Made by a program: the position numbers and the translations under genes
Shown: piece by piece, positions 13,422 through 26,101 of the stretch
How positions within the stretch are numbered: the stretch's first letter is position 1
How the letters are laid out: every line of letters begins with the position of its first letter
Origin: Spizellomyces punctatus DAOM BR117
Taxonomy: Eukaryota
DNA length: 40,937 nucleotides
Reading direction: 5' to 3' (one strand)
Assembly: GCA_000182565.2 (NCBI GenBank)
Contig: KQ257451.1
Notes under the pieces: generated by a model
What the model was told of the DNA's origin: nothing
The model's input: the letters and a program-made list of their open reading frames with translations, nothing else
Database searches by the model: none

Positions 13422-16094
13422 ATGGCTCGGCCATCGCAACATACCGTCTTGGTGACGGTGTTGGATGGTAAAGCGTTCTTTCTCGCTGCGTTGCAATCAC
13501 CTTCTTGACACGGTATCTCATCTGAAACAGGTCGCCATTTCTTTCGAAAATCCAATTCCAAACTGTATATTCAATGTCGCTTCAACAATGAGATCCTGAC
13601 CACCGACCCAGTAGATCACACCCCTGTCCCAATCTTCGATACAGAACTGGCGTGGGATATTGATACAAAAGTTCTTGGGTTTTTTCGATCACAACGAGTG
13701 TCACTCAAGCTCATTGTCTACTCCGTTGATGAGCTCAATAAAAGGGATATGATTGGATACATCATGCTGGACTTGCGTGGTGCCCCCGGTGAATTGGAAG
13801 AGCGATGGTGTCCTTTGGTTAATGCGAAATATGGTACCGCATTCAGGCCTGAGATCAAAGTACTCTTTGCGGTGGTTCCCAAGGTGGAAGGAAAGGAAGA
13901 AGTTGAAGAGTTTCTGGCAAGAGGGCGCCGTGGGAGAGAGTCGAACAAAGAGCAGCAGAAAAAATTGCGAGATGGGAAACCGGGCCGAGAGCGTTTACCA
14001 AGCGGTAATGCGCTTACATTGCGTGGCCTCCCTACGGTGACGCCTAGATTCAGTCTCTCGGTGGAGCTAACAGATGCGGGGTTTTATCAAGTTGGCTCTG
14101 GAGATACCTTGTGGGTCATGTGGATCACCATCGCGTTTGCCGAGAACTTGGAGCTCCTGCGTGACCATTCTCTGACTTCTTTGGACTCCACATTTCACTT
14201 TTATTTTCCCTTTCTGAGCAACGACATCACAACTGAGAAGTTCAATGAACTCACAGATCCAAATTTTGCCGCTGAGCGAGTGTCCATCCGATTGCGTGGG
14301 TCAGGAGAGGATATTAGACGATTTATAGAGGAACTGTCAAACCTGATAATTTATTTTTGCTGCGGAGACATAGTCTTGGGGTTCGCGGACGTTTCAGTCA
14401 AGGAATTATTGGATGACCGGGGACCGAACTTCCAGGTTGTGGAGAAAATGTATAATCTGTACAGTATGAAGCAGGAACTTCCAATGTCCTCAGATGGCAA
14501 GACTCCTAGTATTGGTCTCGCAATGTCTATAACGAAGGAAAGCGAAATGGAAGGGGATCTGGAGGGTGAATTGAGCAAATTACAGATGGATGAAGAAATG
14601 GACGAAGATGATCAGGGGATTAGCTTTAACCAAAGATCTGCACCGGCCCCAGTCCCTGCCCCTACACCAATGGATGCTCTCTCTGGTTTAGGAGACGGCC
14701 ATATGTCAATCATGAATTTTGAAACGGTTGAGGACGTCTCCAATGAAGGAAGCAGAGTAGATGACAGAACTCGGCGTGAGGAACGTGCCATCGAAGCCTT
14801 GGGTGACCCCAAACCTGCAGATGCCACGCACACTGAAGACGTTAATCCTCATTGGCAGCACGTGCGTGGACACTCTGGAATGTATGACAAACGGACCACG
14901 GCCGAAACAACGTACCCTGTAAATTCAAAGCAGTATCAAGCTCAAGTACATATAACGCCCGGAATACTTGGCAAGCCCCCGACGACTGATGCTGCATATT
15001 CTAAAAACCCGTATCCGCATCAGCGTCAACCCCGCGCACCTCCAAGTGCAGCAAGTGCGAGCGTCGCGTCAACACCCAACTCAACACCCCTCCACGCGAC
15101 ACCAGAATATAAAGTTGCACTAGAACTCGAGCTATGGCGAGCGGAAGAAGAGCGAAAGTTTCGAGCGCATCTACGTTTGCGAGAGACAGAAGTACTAGAG
15201 CAACTTGCAGCGGAATGGAAGACACGCGAGCGCGAACGTGAGGCAATTTTAAAGAAAAAAGTAGAGGAATTTAAATCTCTCGAGCACAAGATCCAGGACC
15301 TTGCTACCGAGCTTGAAACCCGCGAACGTAAATTGCGTGAATCGGAGCTCGATTTTGCCAGAAAGAAGGATGAAGTGGAGCGGGATGCTCGGCGTGTTGT
15401 CGACGAAGCTCGCGACAGTGCTCGAAGACTTCATGAAGAATACAAACATCGTCTGCAGGTTGAAAAAGGGCGGGTCGCAGAAGCAGAACGACAGCGCGAT
15501 CAAACAACGAAAGAACGGGAAGCCTTCGCGTTTCAAGTGAGCACCCTTCAACAGCAACTAGCTGAAATTCGCTCTCAAGCGGCGTCAACACCAGAAGCGC
15601 GCCTTCAAGAGAAGTTGAACGAGCTTGAGCGCACCATTACTGGCCTGAATGCGAAGGTCGATGGAGAGAAACGGGCTAAAAAGTACTACAAACAGCAATG
15701 GGTAAAATCACTCAAAGAGCTTGCCAAATGCAAGAAAGACTGGCAAACGGAACTCGCGAACCGATTAGAACGTGAACGTGCCGAACTGGAGCGTCTAAAG
15801 CATGAAATGTCCGGGAAAACCCCACCGGACGTGCTGGAAACGATTAAGCGTGATTTGGAGGAACTAAAGTTGCGAGCCAGTACTGCATCCAAAGGGGCAA
15901 GCCCTGGTGCCCATCAACCACAAAAAGTTGTTGAACCGATCGACCAAGAGAATTATGATCCGCAAATATTGGTAGAAGTTGAACGCCTTGCAAGAGAACG
16001 AGATTCACTGGTTGCGAGTGGAGTGTACACTAGGGAAGACCGGTTGGTGAGAGAGATTGAGCGGAGAATTAGGGAGCTTCTTGGAGGTAATTAA
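13422..16094 (+). CDS. CEP120: Centrosomal protein CEP120 (C2 domains plus coiled coil)
   Basis: ATG at 13422, intron 13468-13530. N-terminus VTVLDGRHF...EILTTDPVDHTPVPIFDTELAWDID matches the CEP120 first C2 domain. Also ERVSIRLR, EYKVALELELWR and ERDSLVASGVYTREDRLV. Confidence 0.92.
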
Positions 16095-16314
16095 GAAGAT
16101 GGAACGGCTGCTTTTTAGCGGCATTGTTGATGTACCTGTATTATAATTGTTTTGTTTTGGTTGATATCAATTACATTCACGCGACAAGCCTCACGTTACG
16201 CCCGCTGCATTTTTTTCTATGGATGTGCTATACCATTGTTGAACTAAGGGTTACTGTATCATTATGCTACTATCGAGTGGGACACTATATAAAAATGTGT
16301 AGACCTATGATAAT

Positions 16315-16945
16315 CTATTCTCTCCAAGTTTCCGCCCGCACCTTCAAGGCTTGGTTGAAGCGCTCGTATTCCCCTTTCAATATGAGATCCTTAACTGGAT
16401 TTATTGCGTAGCTAGTCATGCCGCCAAATATTTCCCCATGCTTGAAGTTGGTTTTGTTTGGTTGCCCAGGTACGGGCTCACAAATGAAGTAGTGGTCCGC
16501 TTCGGCAATATTTAGCAGTATGGACATTCCGCCACCCCATCGAAGTTCGTAGCGCTGGTTAGCGCGTGGAGGAGTACTCAAGGGAGTGACGCGTGTGACA
16601 GTCGCTGGAAGAGGGAAGGCTAGATGGCCATACGTGATAAAAGTGGTGGTAGATCAGTCAGTGAACATAGGGAGACCCATCAATCGCGGCGATACGTACA
16701 ATACCCAAGCAATGCCGTCTTCCATAGGAGGATCCTTTGGCCCTCATGTGGAGCCCAATCTGCCGACCCTGTAATGGATTTGAAAAACTGGGAACAAAGC
16801 GATGGTGAGCTTTTGAACAAGGTGAAATGTCGTGGATGCAACTAACTGGGTTCCAATCCGGATACTTGGCAAAGTCGCAGAGGATTTCATGGACGCGCGC
16901 CGGGGACGCATTGATGAGGATGCTGGTAGCGATCTCGAAGCCCAT
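16315..16945 (-). CDS. SRPBCC / polyketide-cyclase-like (START fold) protein
   Basis: MGFEIATSILINASPARVHEILCDFAKYPDWNP/FFKSITG...ELRWGGG...HYFICEP...FKHGEIFGG...FNQALKVRAE. Two GT-AG introns restore the frame. Confidence 0.85.
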
Positions 16946-18139
16946 GGCTGAAAGTCTTGAAGATGAGATCCGGTCAGTCGCGGAGATGGACAGCTTCACA
17001 GCAAGAACCTCAAAGACGCGCACGTGCTCTAATCGAATCCAATGATCAAGAACTTCGGATAGGAATCCCTTTGGCAGCACGTTCTGGTTGGATGGGATGC
17101 CAATTAAAAGTAAGAGAAAGCATGTGGCAAATAAGTCCCGATGGCAAGATATGATGGCTGACAGGAAGTCAAGTTAAACGAGCGCTTTAACCTGCTCATT
17201 AGCTGGCAGTACACTGGAGTTCTGCAAGGCCTAGATGATGTGTTCAACAGAGTTGTTTGCCTGCATCTACACTTTGTCGGGATAGTTCCGACAAAATGAA
17301 CTCACCTTTGTTCAACTGTGTGCTGCTTTGCTTAATGCTATTCCACGCACGGTCGACGGGAATGGACGACCGGCTAGTAAGCCGGCGTAGCCGACCCTCC
17401 TGTCCATCCAAGAACACCTTTCTTCTTTTCAGTGACCTTTCAGAACATTGCTGGAAGGTTGTCTCAAAGCTATTGATACTCCCCAGAACAGATTTCTCAT
17501 AACCAAATAGCCCAAATTGGAAAATATGAAAGAAGGTCCAAAGCTGCCCAAGTTACCCACTCCACGTTATATTTCTACACGTATATGCCAACCGCAAGGA
17601 ACAAAAACACCAGACCAAATCCTTAAAAGAGCATTGTTAAAAACGTCCCAGTCATTTTAAATAGTGCACACACTGTACCAAATAGCACTGATGCCGGCAG
17701 AGCGAGCGCAACTTCCTGAACTGGATTCCGCGAGAACTTTGTCGCATTCACCTGATTACTACAGGACCCGGCTCAGTGAGTATGAAACAAGCCATTCTTA
17801 ACGCTGATAGGGACTTACATGAGAAAGAGTGAACCGAATGCAAAGGCTGCTAGTAGGAGAACTGTCGCGAGCAAGGGAAATGTTATTGGGGGAACCGGTG
17901 GAGAGAAGGCAACCAGAGTGGGCGAGGACCAGTCGAAGCTCTACAAAGTATGTCAGTGCATGCAGTCATCAATCTTGTACTGCTAAGGTTTCCCCGTGAA
18001 CTTGCCATGGTTGCAATGCAGCGGCGAGATCTCAGCGTTTAGTTTGGTTGAAAGTTCTTTGTGGACGACGACGCGTGTGACGCGACCCACCGCTTTCTGA
18101 ACTTGCTGCACTTTGTCCTCAGCCTCTGCCGGCATCCTC

Positions 18140-19851
18140 ATGTTGGGACGTTTTCATTTCCGCTTTGCCACCCTGCTTTTAAGACGTTTACCGTCTCTCC
18201 CCCATAGTCACAGTCCCTATCACCGCTTCTCTACGAATTTTAGTCGGGATTTGACGAAGAAGGCGCCTCACCATGTTCAAGGCCCACCATTCAGAATTCA
18301 TGTAAATGAGTCGCCGGGAACGGTGGGTGTTGTATCGGTGAGAGGGGACCGGGAGACGAATGAGGTTGGTTACCGAAATGAATTATCTTTCGTTGTTCAT
18401 CCCACTGAACGTCTTCGGTTAGGATCGGGCAACATGTGAAGTGTTGCGGGTCAACCTACCGGACGACGATGAAAGCGGGACGGACCTCTACTGGTTCGCT
18501 GTTTTTGATGGGTGAGCTTGTGGGGCTTACTGTAAGGAAATTCATGTAACAGTTTCTGGTCTATGGCGTTCTTTAACAGCTGAACTCTCCTGATTTGGTA
18601 GGCATGGCGGGACTTCCTGTTCGTCACACATCCATCAACATCTTCATCGATACTTTGAGAGCGTGAGGAGTAAGGACTTGAGCCCTACCCTCACAGCATT
18701 GAGCAAATATTTCGAACGGCCCATATCTCGGCCCGCAGAAGATTGGTCCGATCCTTTGACACTGGAGCAACGCATGTATCTGTCATTCCTGAAGGCAGAG
18801 GTCGATTTCTTTCAGAGCAATCGCGATGTGGATACGGTTGGGTCAACCGCCTCAGTTGTTGTTGTGAAAATCATTGAACTTGGTGGACCATCCACCTTGG
18901 ATGTTGTTGTAGGGCATGTTGGGGACTCGCGGTGCGTATGAAATTGCAAATCTGATTGCTTTGACTGGCTTACAAGCTAATGATGGATTTAATAGAATCC
19001 TTCTTTGCACAGGTTCACAAGGTGTAGCAGAAGCATTGACTGTGAACCACCATCCGTCAGAACCGGATGAGCGCGCAAGGATCGAGTCGTTGGGCGGGTT
19101 TACGACGCACGTCCCTGATGCACCTCATTCAGAGCTCGTTCTAGGCGGACTAGCAGTTTCTCGTTGTTTTGGGGATCTCAAATATAAACGATATGGAGGC
19201 GTGACCGTTGAACCTCAGGTGCAAAGAAGACGCATTCAGGACGATGATCAAGCGGCATTTCTATGTCTTGTTACGGATGGCATTTCTGGTGTTTCGCGAG
19301 ATCAAGAGATTGTTGATCTGATCAAGAAGAGTGACAATCCCCCCAAAGCCGCTTCAGCAGTGATTCAATTTTCAGAGTCCCTAGGGTCATCCGACAACAA
19401 AACATGTGTTGTTGTCCGATTACCTGGATGGTCGTCCAACCTCCCAGACTTGACCCGCAAAGAACGCGATGCCCGCATCAAGGCACACGCGAATCGACGA
19501 CGAAATTTTGATTGCAGTGACCCTGACGAACCTGATGTGGAAGCCGGTGCAGAATTAAACAGGGAACGGCTAAAAGCGATTCTCAGTGATGTCTTTGGTG
19601 CAAGATCCTTGCGAGGCGAAGATCTTTTTAAGGCTTTCGAGGAGCGTGGTGTTCGACTGGACATGGGAGTCGGACAGGAGGGTGAGGATAAAGCGACGAA
19701 AGAGGAACCAAATGATGTGACCCTCGAGGTCGTGCAGAAGCTATATAAAGTGCTGGACAAGGAAGAATTCGAACCAATCGACAAAGCGGAGGCACAGAGG
19801 GGTTTAGAACTATTAGGTGTTTACGTTCGTCGCATCGATCCGGCTGAGTAA
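18140..19851 (+). CDS. PP2C/PPM protein phosphatase, probably mitochondrial (Ptc6/PPM1K-like)
   Basis: Arg/Leu/Ser-rich presequence-like N-terminus. Spliced motifs RGDRETNEDR, FAVFDGHGG, GSTA, GHVGDSR, LAVSRCFGD, LVTDGI, SSDNKT. Confidence 0.9.
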
Positions 19852-21039
19852 ATATCTCAGCTCTTATATCTGTAACTAGACCTGCACGAAGGGTTTAAGT
19901 CAAATAATCAAAACACCACCCTCATACATTTGTTATTTGTGACGGTTGCTGCTATTTCTTGCGCCTTTATGCGCATTGCAAGGTTGAGCCTGCCAGCGCA
20001 TGGCTACTGTCCCAATGAAAAACTTTGTCTGGGTGTTGCTGTAGAATTCGGCCGCATGGCCAGGACAATTTCATTATACCACCCACAATGCACAAATGCA
20101 TCTTCTTGCTACCCAGCTTCCGCATCTCACTCCTTGGGTCTGCTTGCCAAATTGAAACTTTATCAAGAAAAGCTTGGAGACTTTCAAGACGCCTAAGAGA
20201 GGCGGCGTCGGTGACAGCGACCAAAAATGAATGCCTACTCTTGCCGGTGTTCATGTTCAGAGCACCTTCCCAAAGTACATATTGCAAAGCATACGTGTTA
20301 TTGCAAGCTGCAATTTCTGACCGATAGAGAACTTACGGCCATGTAAGCACAACTTGCAATCTCCCGATGAAGGTCAGTCTACCCTGACATGATGCGCTGC
20401 GCAACACAACCCAATCTCTCTGGTTGCAACAAGTTGGAACTACCAAATATGCGTACACCAATGTCATCTATGGCCCATGCTCACTCCTCTGGAATACAGA
20501 ATGCTCTTTATTTTACCTGAGCTGTGCTCGTGCAACTAGTTAGAGCAATTGGCAAGGTTATGGATTAGTAGTAGTTGATGATATGATTTGACTCGAACGA
20601 CAGAGTCCTCCAGAATTCATCTAACCTAGCAGGCATTTAGCAAAATGTGACCAGCGGATTACGCTCATGGTAAGAGCCGCTGGGGGGCACACAGAAGTCC
20701 AGCCCACCCCGTGGATACTGGCTGCTTCTTGTGTCGCGGTCATGACTGATAACTTCATAACGTTACAAAACTGTCACAAAGCTCTGCATTTCCGCGCAAT
20801 GTGGAGATCGAACTCAGTGCCTTTCCCCAACTCAGGCCGCTGAGAACGAACGCATTACCCCATAAGCTATCCCCACAAAGTCAAATAGATTGCGGGATAC
20901 CATCAGATAAATTAAGGCCACAAGACTTATGGAATAGTTTGTTTATGACAGGACATTTACTATGTTTATTGGCATATCGAGTACATACATAAACTTTAGT
21001 TTTTATCAGCTGCGTCATAACTTTCAGCCCGCATTCGGT

Positions 21040-22400
21040 CACGCCTTGCCATTTGCTTCAACGGTGGTGTGATGTGGTGATCGAAACTACACTGCAACCT
21101 TACAAGCCACATTATCTAATACCTCTACCGCCACGCATCACATCCAGGTCTTCCCAATCGTTTTACCACATTCGTCCTGTACAATGTGGATATGTGTCCC
21201 TCATGTCGTTTTACGAAAGGGGTCTAAGGTCTTTCTCAGCGACAAGTGTCATGAATAATTACCATGTTCGTCATTTACAATGATCGTCACAAACTTGAAT
21301 TCGTTTAAATGTTTGAAGGGTCAGAGTCTGCGATGCCTGCTTGACGTGTGGAATGTATATATTTCCTGAGGTTTTTCGGAAAACCCCCAAAGTCTTGGCA
21401 TGTCATATCCGTCAATGTCATTGCATCGCAGGGCTTTCGCAAGGGACAATCGTTTTGGCATAAATAAGAGCTCCAGAATCCGCTTTTCCTTCGTGTCCTG
21501 TCCTGTCGCTTTCTCTCCATTCTCACTTTTGGACAACTGTATCCATTTTCTTATGATCTCTCATTCGCACCTTTGGAATGGTCCGTCAAGCCCTTACCAA
21601 GTCCTGGCCTCTCCCGCATGCCTGCCTGTGGCTGAACGCGCCGCGCCATCCTAACGCATATCGACATTGTTTCCGTGAAGACGTTCTCCGATGGTTGCCA
21701 TCCAAACGGTACTACTGGATGAAAGCTTCTCGCAGCAAGAGTTTACTCATGCTACGGAAATCAACCCTAAGCGTTGCTGGCCGAAATCGGGTAATGTTGT
21801 TTTCTGCAATGTGATGAAACTCTTGCTGAGAGAAACGTTCGTGCAGCAACATCGTTTGGGCAACCATCCGAGAACGCCTCCACGCGAACAATGTCAATAT
21901 GCGCAGCATCTCATCTTCAGGATCGGCGTGCCGATGGGCATGTTGCAGGGATCAGGGCTTGGTGAGGGCTTGACGGACCAATTCAAAGATGCGAGCGAGT
22001 AAGAAAATGGATAGAGTTGTGCAGGAGTGAGAATGGAGAGAGCTGTGCAGGACAGGACAGGGAAAGCAGAGAGCTCTTACTTATGCAAACGCGGGTCATC
22101 GTTCCAAAGACATTTGTCTTTGCGAAAGCCCTGCAATATGCATTCACATTGTACATAAACAACGTGGGAATCATCTCGAAAATAATTGCCGATGCGCAAG
22201 AATTGCTGCGGGTTTCAAAAATAAAAAACGTCATGAGGTCTATACATGTCACATTGTAAATGTTGAATGTAATAACTCACTTCAAAACGATTGCCGCTGT
22301 AAGTCCTGGGTGGCATGCGTGGCAAACAGGACTGGGAAGTTTGTACTAGTCGTATTGAGCCTATTCAGCGTTCAAGCATAGCAGCGGTAGTTGCAATCCT
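21040..22400. repeat. Imperfect foldback inverted repeat made of two degenerate copies of the 5' region of the 27615 gene, centre ~21780
   Basis: tcctgtcctgtcgctttctctccattctcac (~21496) mirrors gtgagaatggagagagctgtgcaggacagga (~22027). ggtccgtcaagccct (21580) mirrors agggcttgacggacc (21965). cagcaagagttt (21733) mirrors aaactcttgctg (21817). Confidence 0.85.
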
Positions 22401-24851
22401 TACAATTGTGACGATAATAAGTATACTTACCTGGTTAATGCACGCGCTGGCAATGTTTCTGCTATGTCTGTAAACAAAGATGTAAACAGACTAGCTTTAG
22501 ACCACTAGTGTGGGGTTCTAGTGTTCGATCCTACAACCATTAAACTTCTAGAGTTAGTAATCCTACGGTCACCTAGTATCCCAGAGCTTTTAACTCTACG
22601 GCCCTTAGGCTACCAGAGAGCTCAGCCCAATGTCCACCAGCGCATTTACTATGTCCACTAGTCCATCAGAGCTTGTAACCCTACCACCACTCGAGCAATT
22701 GATCTTTTGCTCACTAGAGCATTTAATTTTACACCCACTCACATGTTTACCACTATGTCCACTAGAACGGATGTGATTTGCAGATTTCTACTTTCACTTT
22801 CATCAAACGCAGATTATAAACTGTTAGCATTTTTTAAATCCGAAACACCATCGCTAATTGAAAAGCTGTATGAGAAGATTATCCAGGATTCCAGCCGAGG
22901 TGATTACTTGCAGTCTTCACCAGTGTAGCGTGAATGTAGCCCAGCAGTAAAGGGCATCTCGCAACCTAAAGCACCATCACTAAGTGGAAACCTGAATGGA
23001 TTGGTCAACAACTCACCGAACCATCGATAAGTGAAAACCTCAACCCGCTAATAAGATGACCTCGCCAGGCAGCGTGGTGAAGGGACCCATTTCACGGCAT
23101 AGTTTCAATCAAAGCACAGTAAAATAACAAAACTGTAGATAGCTAGCGTGGGCCAAAAACCTCCACCTAGACCTCCACTAATAAGATATCGCTCAAGTGC
23201 TGGGAGGATGCCAGTGCAATCGCAAGAACCGCGTCGTCAGAACAAAGGAGTTTGGAAGGGAAAGGAGAAGGTAAATGGGACGTTGGAACGAAAGGATCAA
23301 GAGTTATTGCTACCACCTATAAGCAAACTAAAGAACAGCAACTTTATGGTTAGAAAAACCAGGCTGGAGTGTGGTGAATGGGAACACGATGGAGACGAAC
23401 CATCAGCAATCTGGCTCTGTGGGATTTCTTCTTGCCTTGATTTGTCGAATTGTTTTTCTCGGTGGCATTAGAGGTAAGGCGGCCATACATCAACGGCAAC
23501 GATTTCTTTTTTTTCATTTTACATTCTTGGCAGAACTAATTATCGACATTTCCCACGGCGGGGGCTTCTTTTTTCTCACTTTTCAGGCGGGATTCACTTT
23601 TTCGACTTTGCAATCATTCACGGCCCACGGCGATGAAGACGGTGATGTTCTTTAGAAGACGATGATTGAGGTAATGGCAACCGTAATGCAGCAAGTACCC
23701 TTTTCACCATCAGCAACTGAAATCTACAATTGCTTAACGCCAACTACCTTTTTTTGACCACTATTCACCTAGCGCTTCTGTCCCATTAGACCGTTTAACT
23801 GTATGCCCCCAATGGCAGCCACACCCCTACAGCATTCATTCAACCACTATCCAACTAGCGCCCCATACCCACTAGAGATTTACGCCTAGAGCAGCTAGCG
23901 CTAGCAATCTATTGGCACTAGTTTTGATGATTACCACGTGTAACGTACGATGGCCTATTGCAGTCTAAAAAGGGCATCTCGACCAATATTGGGACAGAGT
24001 TAAAGGTAAGAGCGTCCTTGAAGAGATGCTGTTAGGTCGACAGACTTTGGGCGCAGCCTTTTCAAGGTTCGGAGATGTTTGCGAGAAGCCCGATTGTTCA
24101 TTACATGGGCTCCAAGAGCTGGTCAGCCCTCAACAGCTGTGACTATCTCCTCAATCGATCTTTCGAGCAGCAGAGCAAGGTGTGCCGAGCGAGGAGCGTT
24201 CGCATTCGGTCCAAATCCGCTCACGTCAGATCGGCCTAACCGACACTCCACAGTCAGTGCACCGGCCCCGCTCGACATAGTGACACTGGGAACGGGAAGA
24301 GGAATAACTCTGAGACATGATCGTAAAAGCTAGCGAATAATAAAAATCAAAGAAGCGTTGGCATATGCATGGGGCATGATCATAAAAGCTAGTGAGGGTC
24401 CTTTGAAGTTCAATCTGTATCATTGGCTGTACCATCTGAACAGCCGAGACTGTAAGAATAGTTTGGTGGATTCGGCTTGATGCCCACGGTCCACTTGGCG
24501 AACGCGCCAAGTTTGTCCCTTTTTCACAAGTACAAGTAGGAAAGCTGTAATAACCTTTTTATTCTCACCAATGGAAAGGCTAGAGCTAGTAAATCACTAA
24601 CCATTTCAAGAATAAAACGGAGGAATGATAAATTTCGCAAATAAACTGGTTCACTAGCATACTTGCAGCCGGCACCTATTTTCATGATTTAAAGCGTTGG
24701 AGTACGTTTAGTATGGGGATCGCCTACTTGTACATGTAGTGGAAGATGATCTATTGTATAACCTGGATTATCGCCCACAGACATCTCAAGCTTTTGCAAT
24801 TGAATCCCACAAACGCATAGTCAAGCTTGACCACGGCCAACCACGATGTCG

Positions 24852-24870
24852 TAACCCTAACCCTAACCCT
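24852..24870 (-). repeat. Interstitial telomeric repeat (TAACCC)3
   Basis: taaccctaaccctaaccct. Confidence 0.7.
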
Positions 24871-24994
24871 GACTATTCTTAACGTCTAAGGTAAAAGCAT
24901 CAATATGGCAAGCAAAACCCGTAGGAAATCTGACCGTGCGCGCAAAGGTGTAGTCGACCGTAGTAGTATCAGACAGACAAAAGAGTATAACTGT

Positions 24995-25354
24995 GATCGA
25001 TGGCGTCTTTGTCCGTTGACTTGCGGAGACCCAAGACGGACATCATCCTGGCATCTCTCACTTCCATATGGTAATGGAGTAGAGCCAAGACGCAGTCCAC
25101 GGTGTCAGTGCGACTCGTGAATGACGTCCGTTAAAAAGTTGATTGACGAACGGGAAATGTTTCGCATGTCGGTGTTGTCAGCCCGAAGGCGTTCTCCGAT
25201 CGTGGCCCAGATGGTGTTGGTAGCCGAGATGGGATTAACGTCTTCAGCATGCGGAAACTCTTGCTGAGAAAAACTTTGGTCTTGTGCCATGACAAATGCA
25301 TGGCGATCGGCGTGTTGGAGGGACCAGGACTTTTGTATGTAAGTCCCTGCCCAT
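24995..25354 (-). pseudogene. Frameshifted, 3'-truncated copy of the N-terminal ~120 codons of the 27615 ORF
   Basis: Reads KSWSLQHADRHAFVMAQDQSFSQQEFPHAEDVNPISATNTIWATIGERL, then after a frameshift near 25108 DTVDCVLALLHYHMEVRDARMMSVLGLRKST, versus HTVDGMLALLRNHMEVSDASMMDVLGLREST in the intact ORF. Confidence 0.88.
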
Positions 25355-26080
25355 TGAAAAATGCGAGCGAGAGAATATAAGAAAATGGATAGAGTCTTGC
25401 AGGAATGAGAATGGAGAGAAAGCGACAGGACAGTAGGGGAATGGAAAGAGGATTTTGGCTTTTATTTATGCAAAAGCGGGTAAGCATTCCAAAGCGATTG
25501 TCCCTTGCAAAAGCCCTGCGATAGACATTGACATTGACGAATGTGACATGCCAAGACCTTGGAGCTGTGTGAAAAACGTCATGAGGTATACTGGTACAAG
25601 CCCACACCGCACGTCAAGTGTTTATCGCAGACTCTGACTCTTCAAAACATTCACACGAATACATGTTTGTGGGAGATTATCGACATGGACAAACATGGTA
25701 ATCATTCCATGACACTTGCCGCTGCAAAAGACCTGAACGACATGCATTCCACATTTTACATGACGAATGTGATGATCATTCCAAAGCTATGGTACGTTGG
25801 GGAAGACCTGGATGACATGCGATGCGCACTGGTGGCAAATGCAGTGGTGTTGATGTCCATTGCAATGCACTCCCTCCACCTTTGCATTCCATACTCTACA
25901 GCGCACATTGCATATTCCGCATGCCACATCGCACATTGTTTATTGCACATTGCAAAGCTGGTAATATTTGTGGGGCCTTTCCAAAAAACGTCGGGCGACA
26001 TGCATTCCACATTGCATATAACGAGCGCGGTAATAATTGCAAAGCAATGGTACCTTGCGGCCGATATGCGATGGCCCCCT
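25355..26080 (-). repeat. Inverted copy of the upstream module of the 27615 gene, including degenerate ~74-bp units
   Basis: tttatttatgcaaaagcgggtaagcattccaaag (~25460) mirrors cttggaatcacccgattttgcataaataag (~27442). Reverse-complement minisatellite units run over ~25680-26060. Confidence 0.75.
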
Positions 26081-26101
26081 TGGCAAACAGACACAGTGAT
26101 C

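Noticed and set aside
19967-20520. Possible decayed spliced gene on the minus strand after PP2C
   Set aside because: Partly open frames with stops and no recognisable family.
22423-22434. ATACTTACCTGG, the U1 snRNA 5' end
   Set aside because: No U1 stem-loop I/II loop sequences or Sm site follow. It equally reads as a minus-strand CAG/GTAAGT donor or a chance match.
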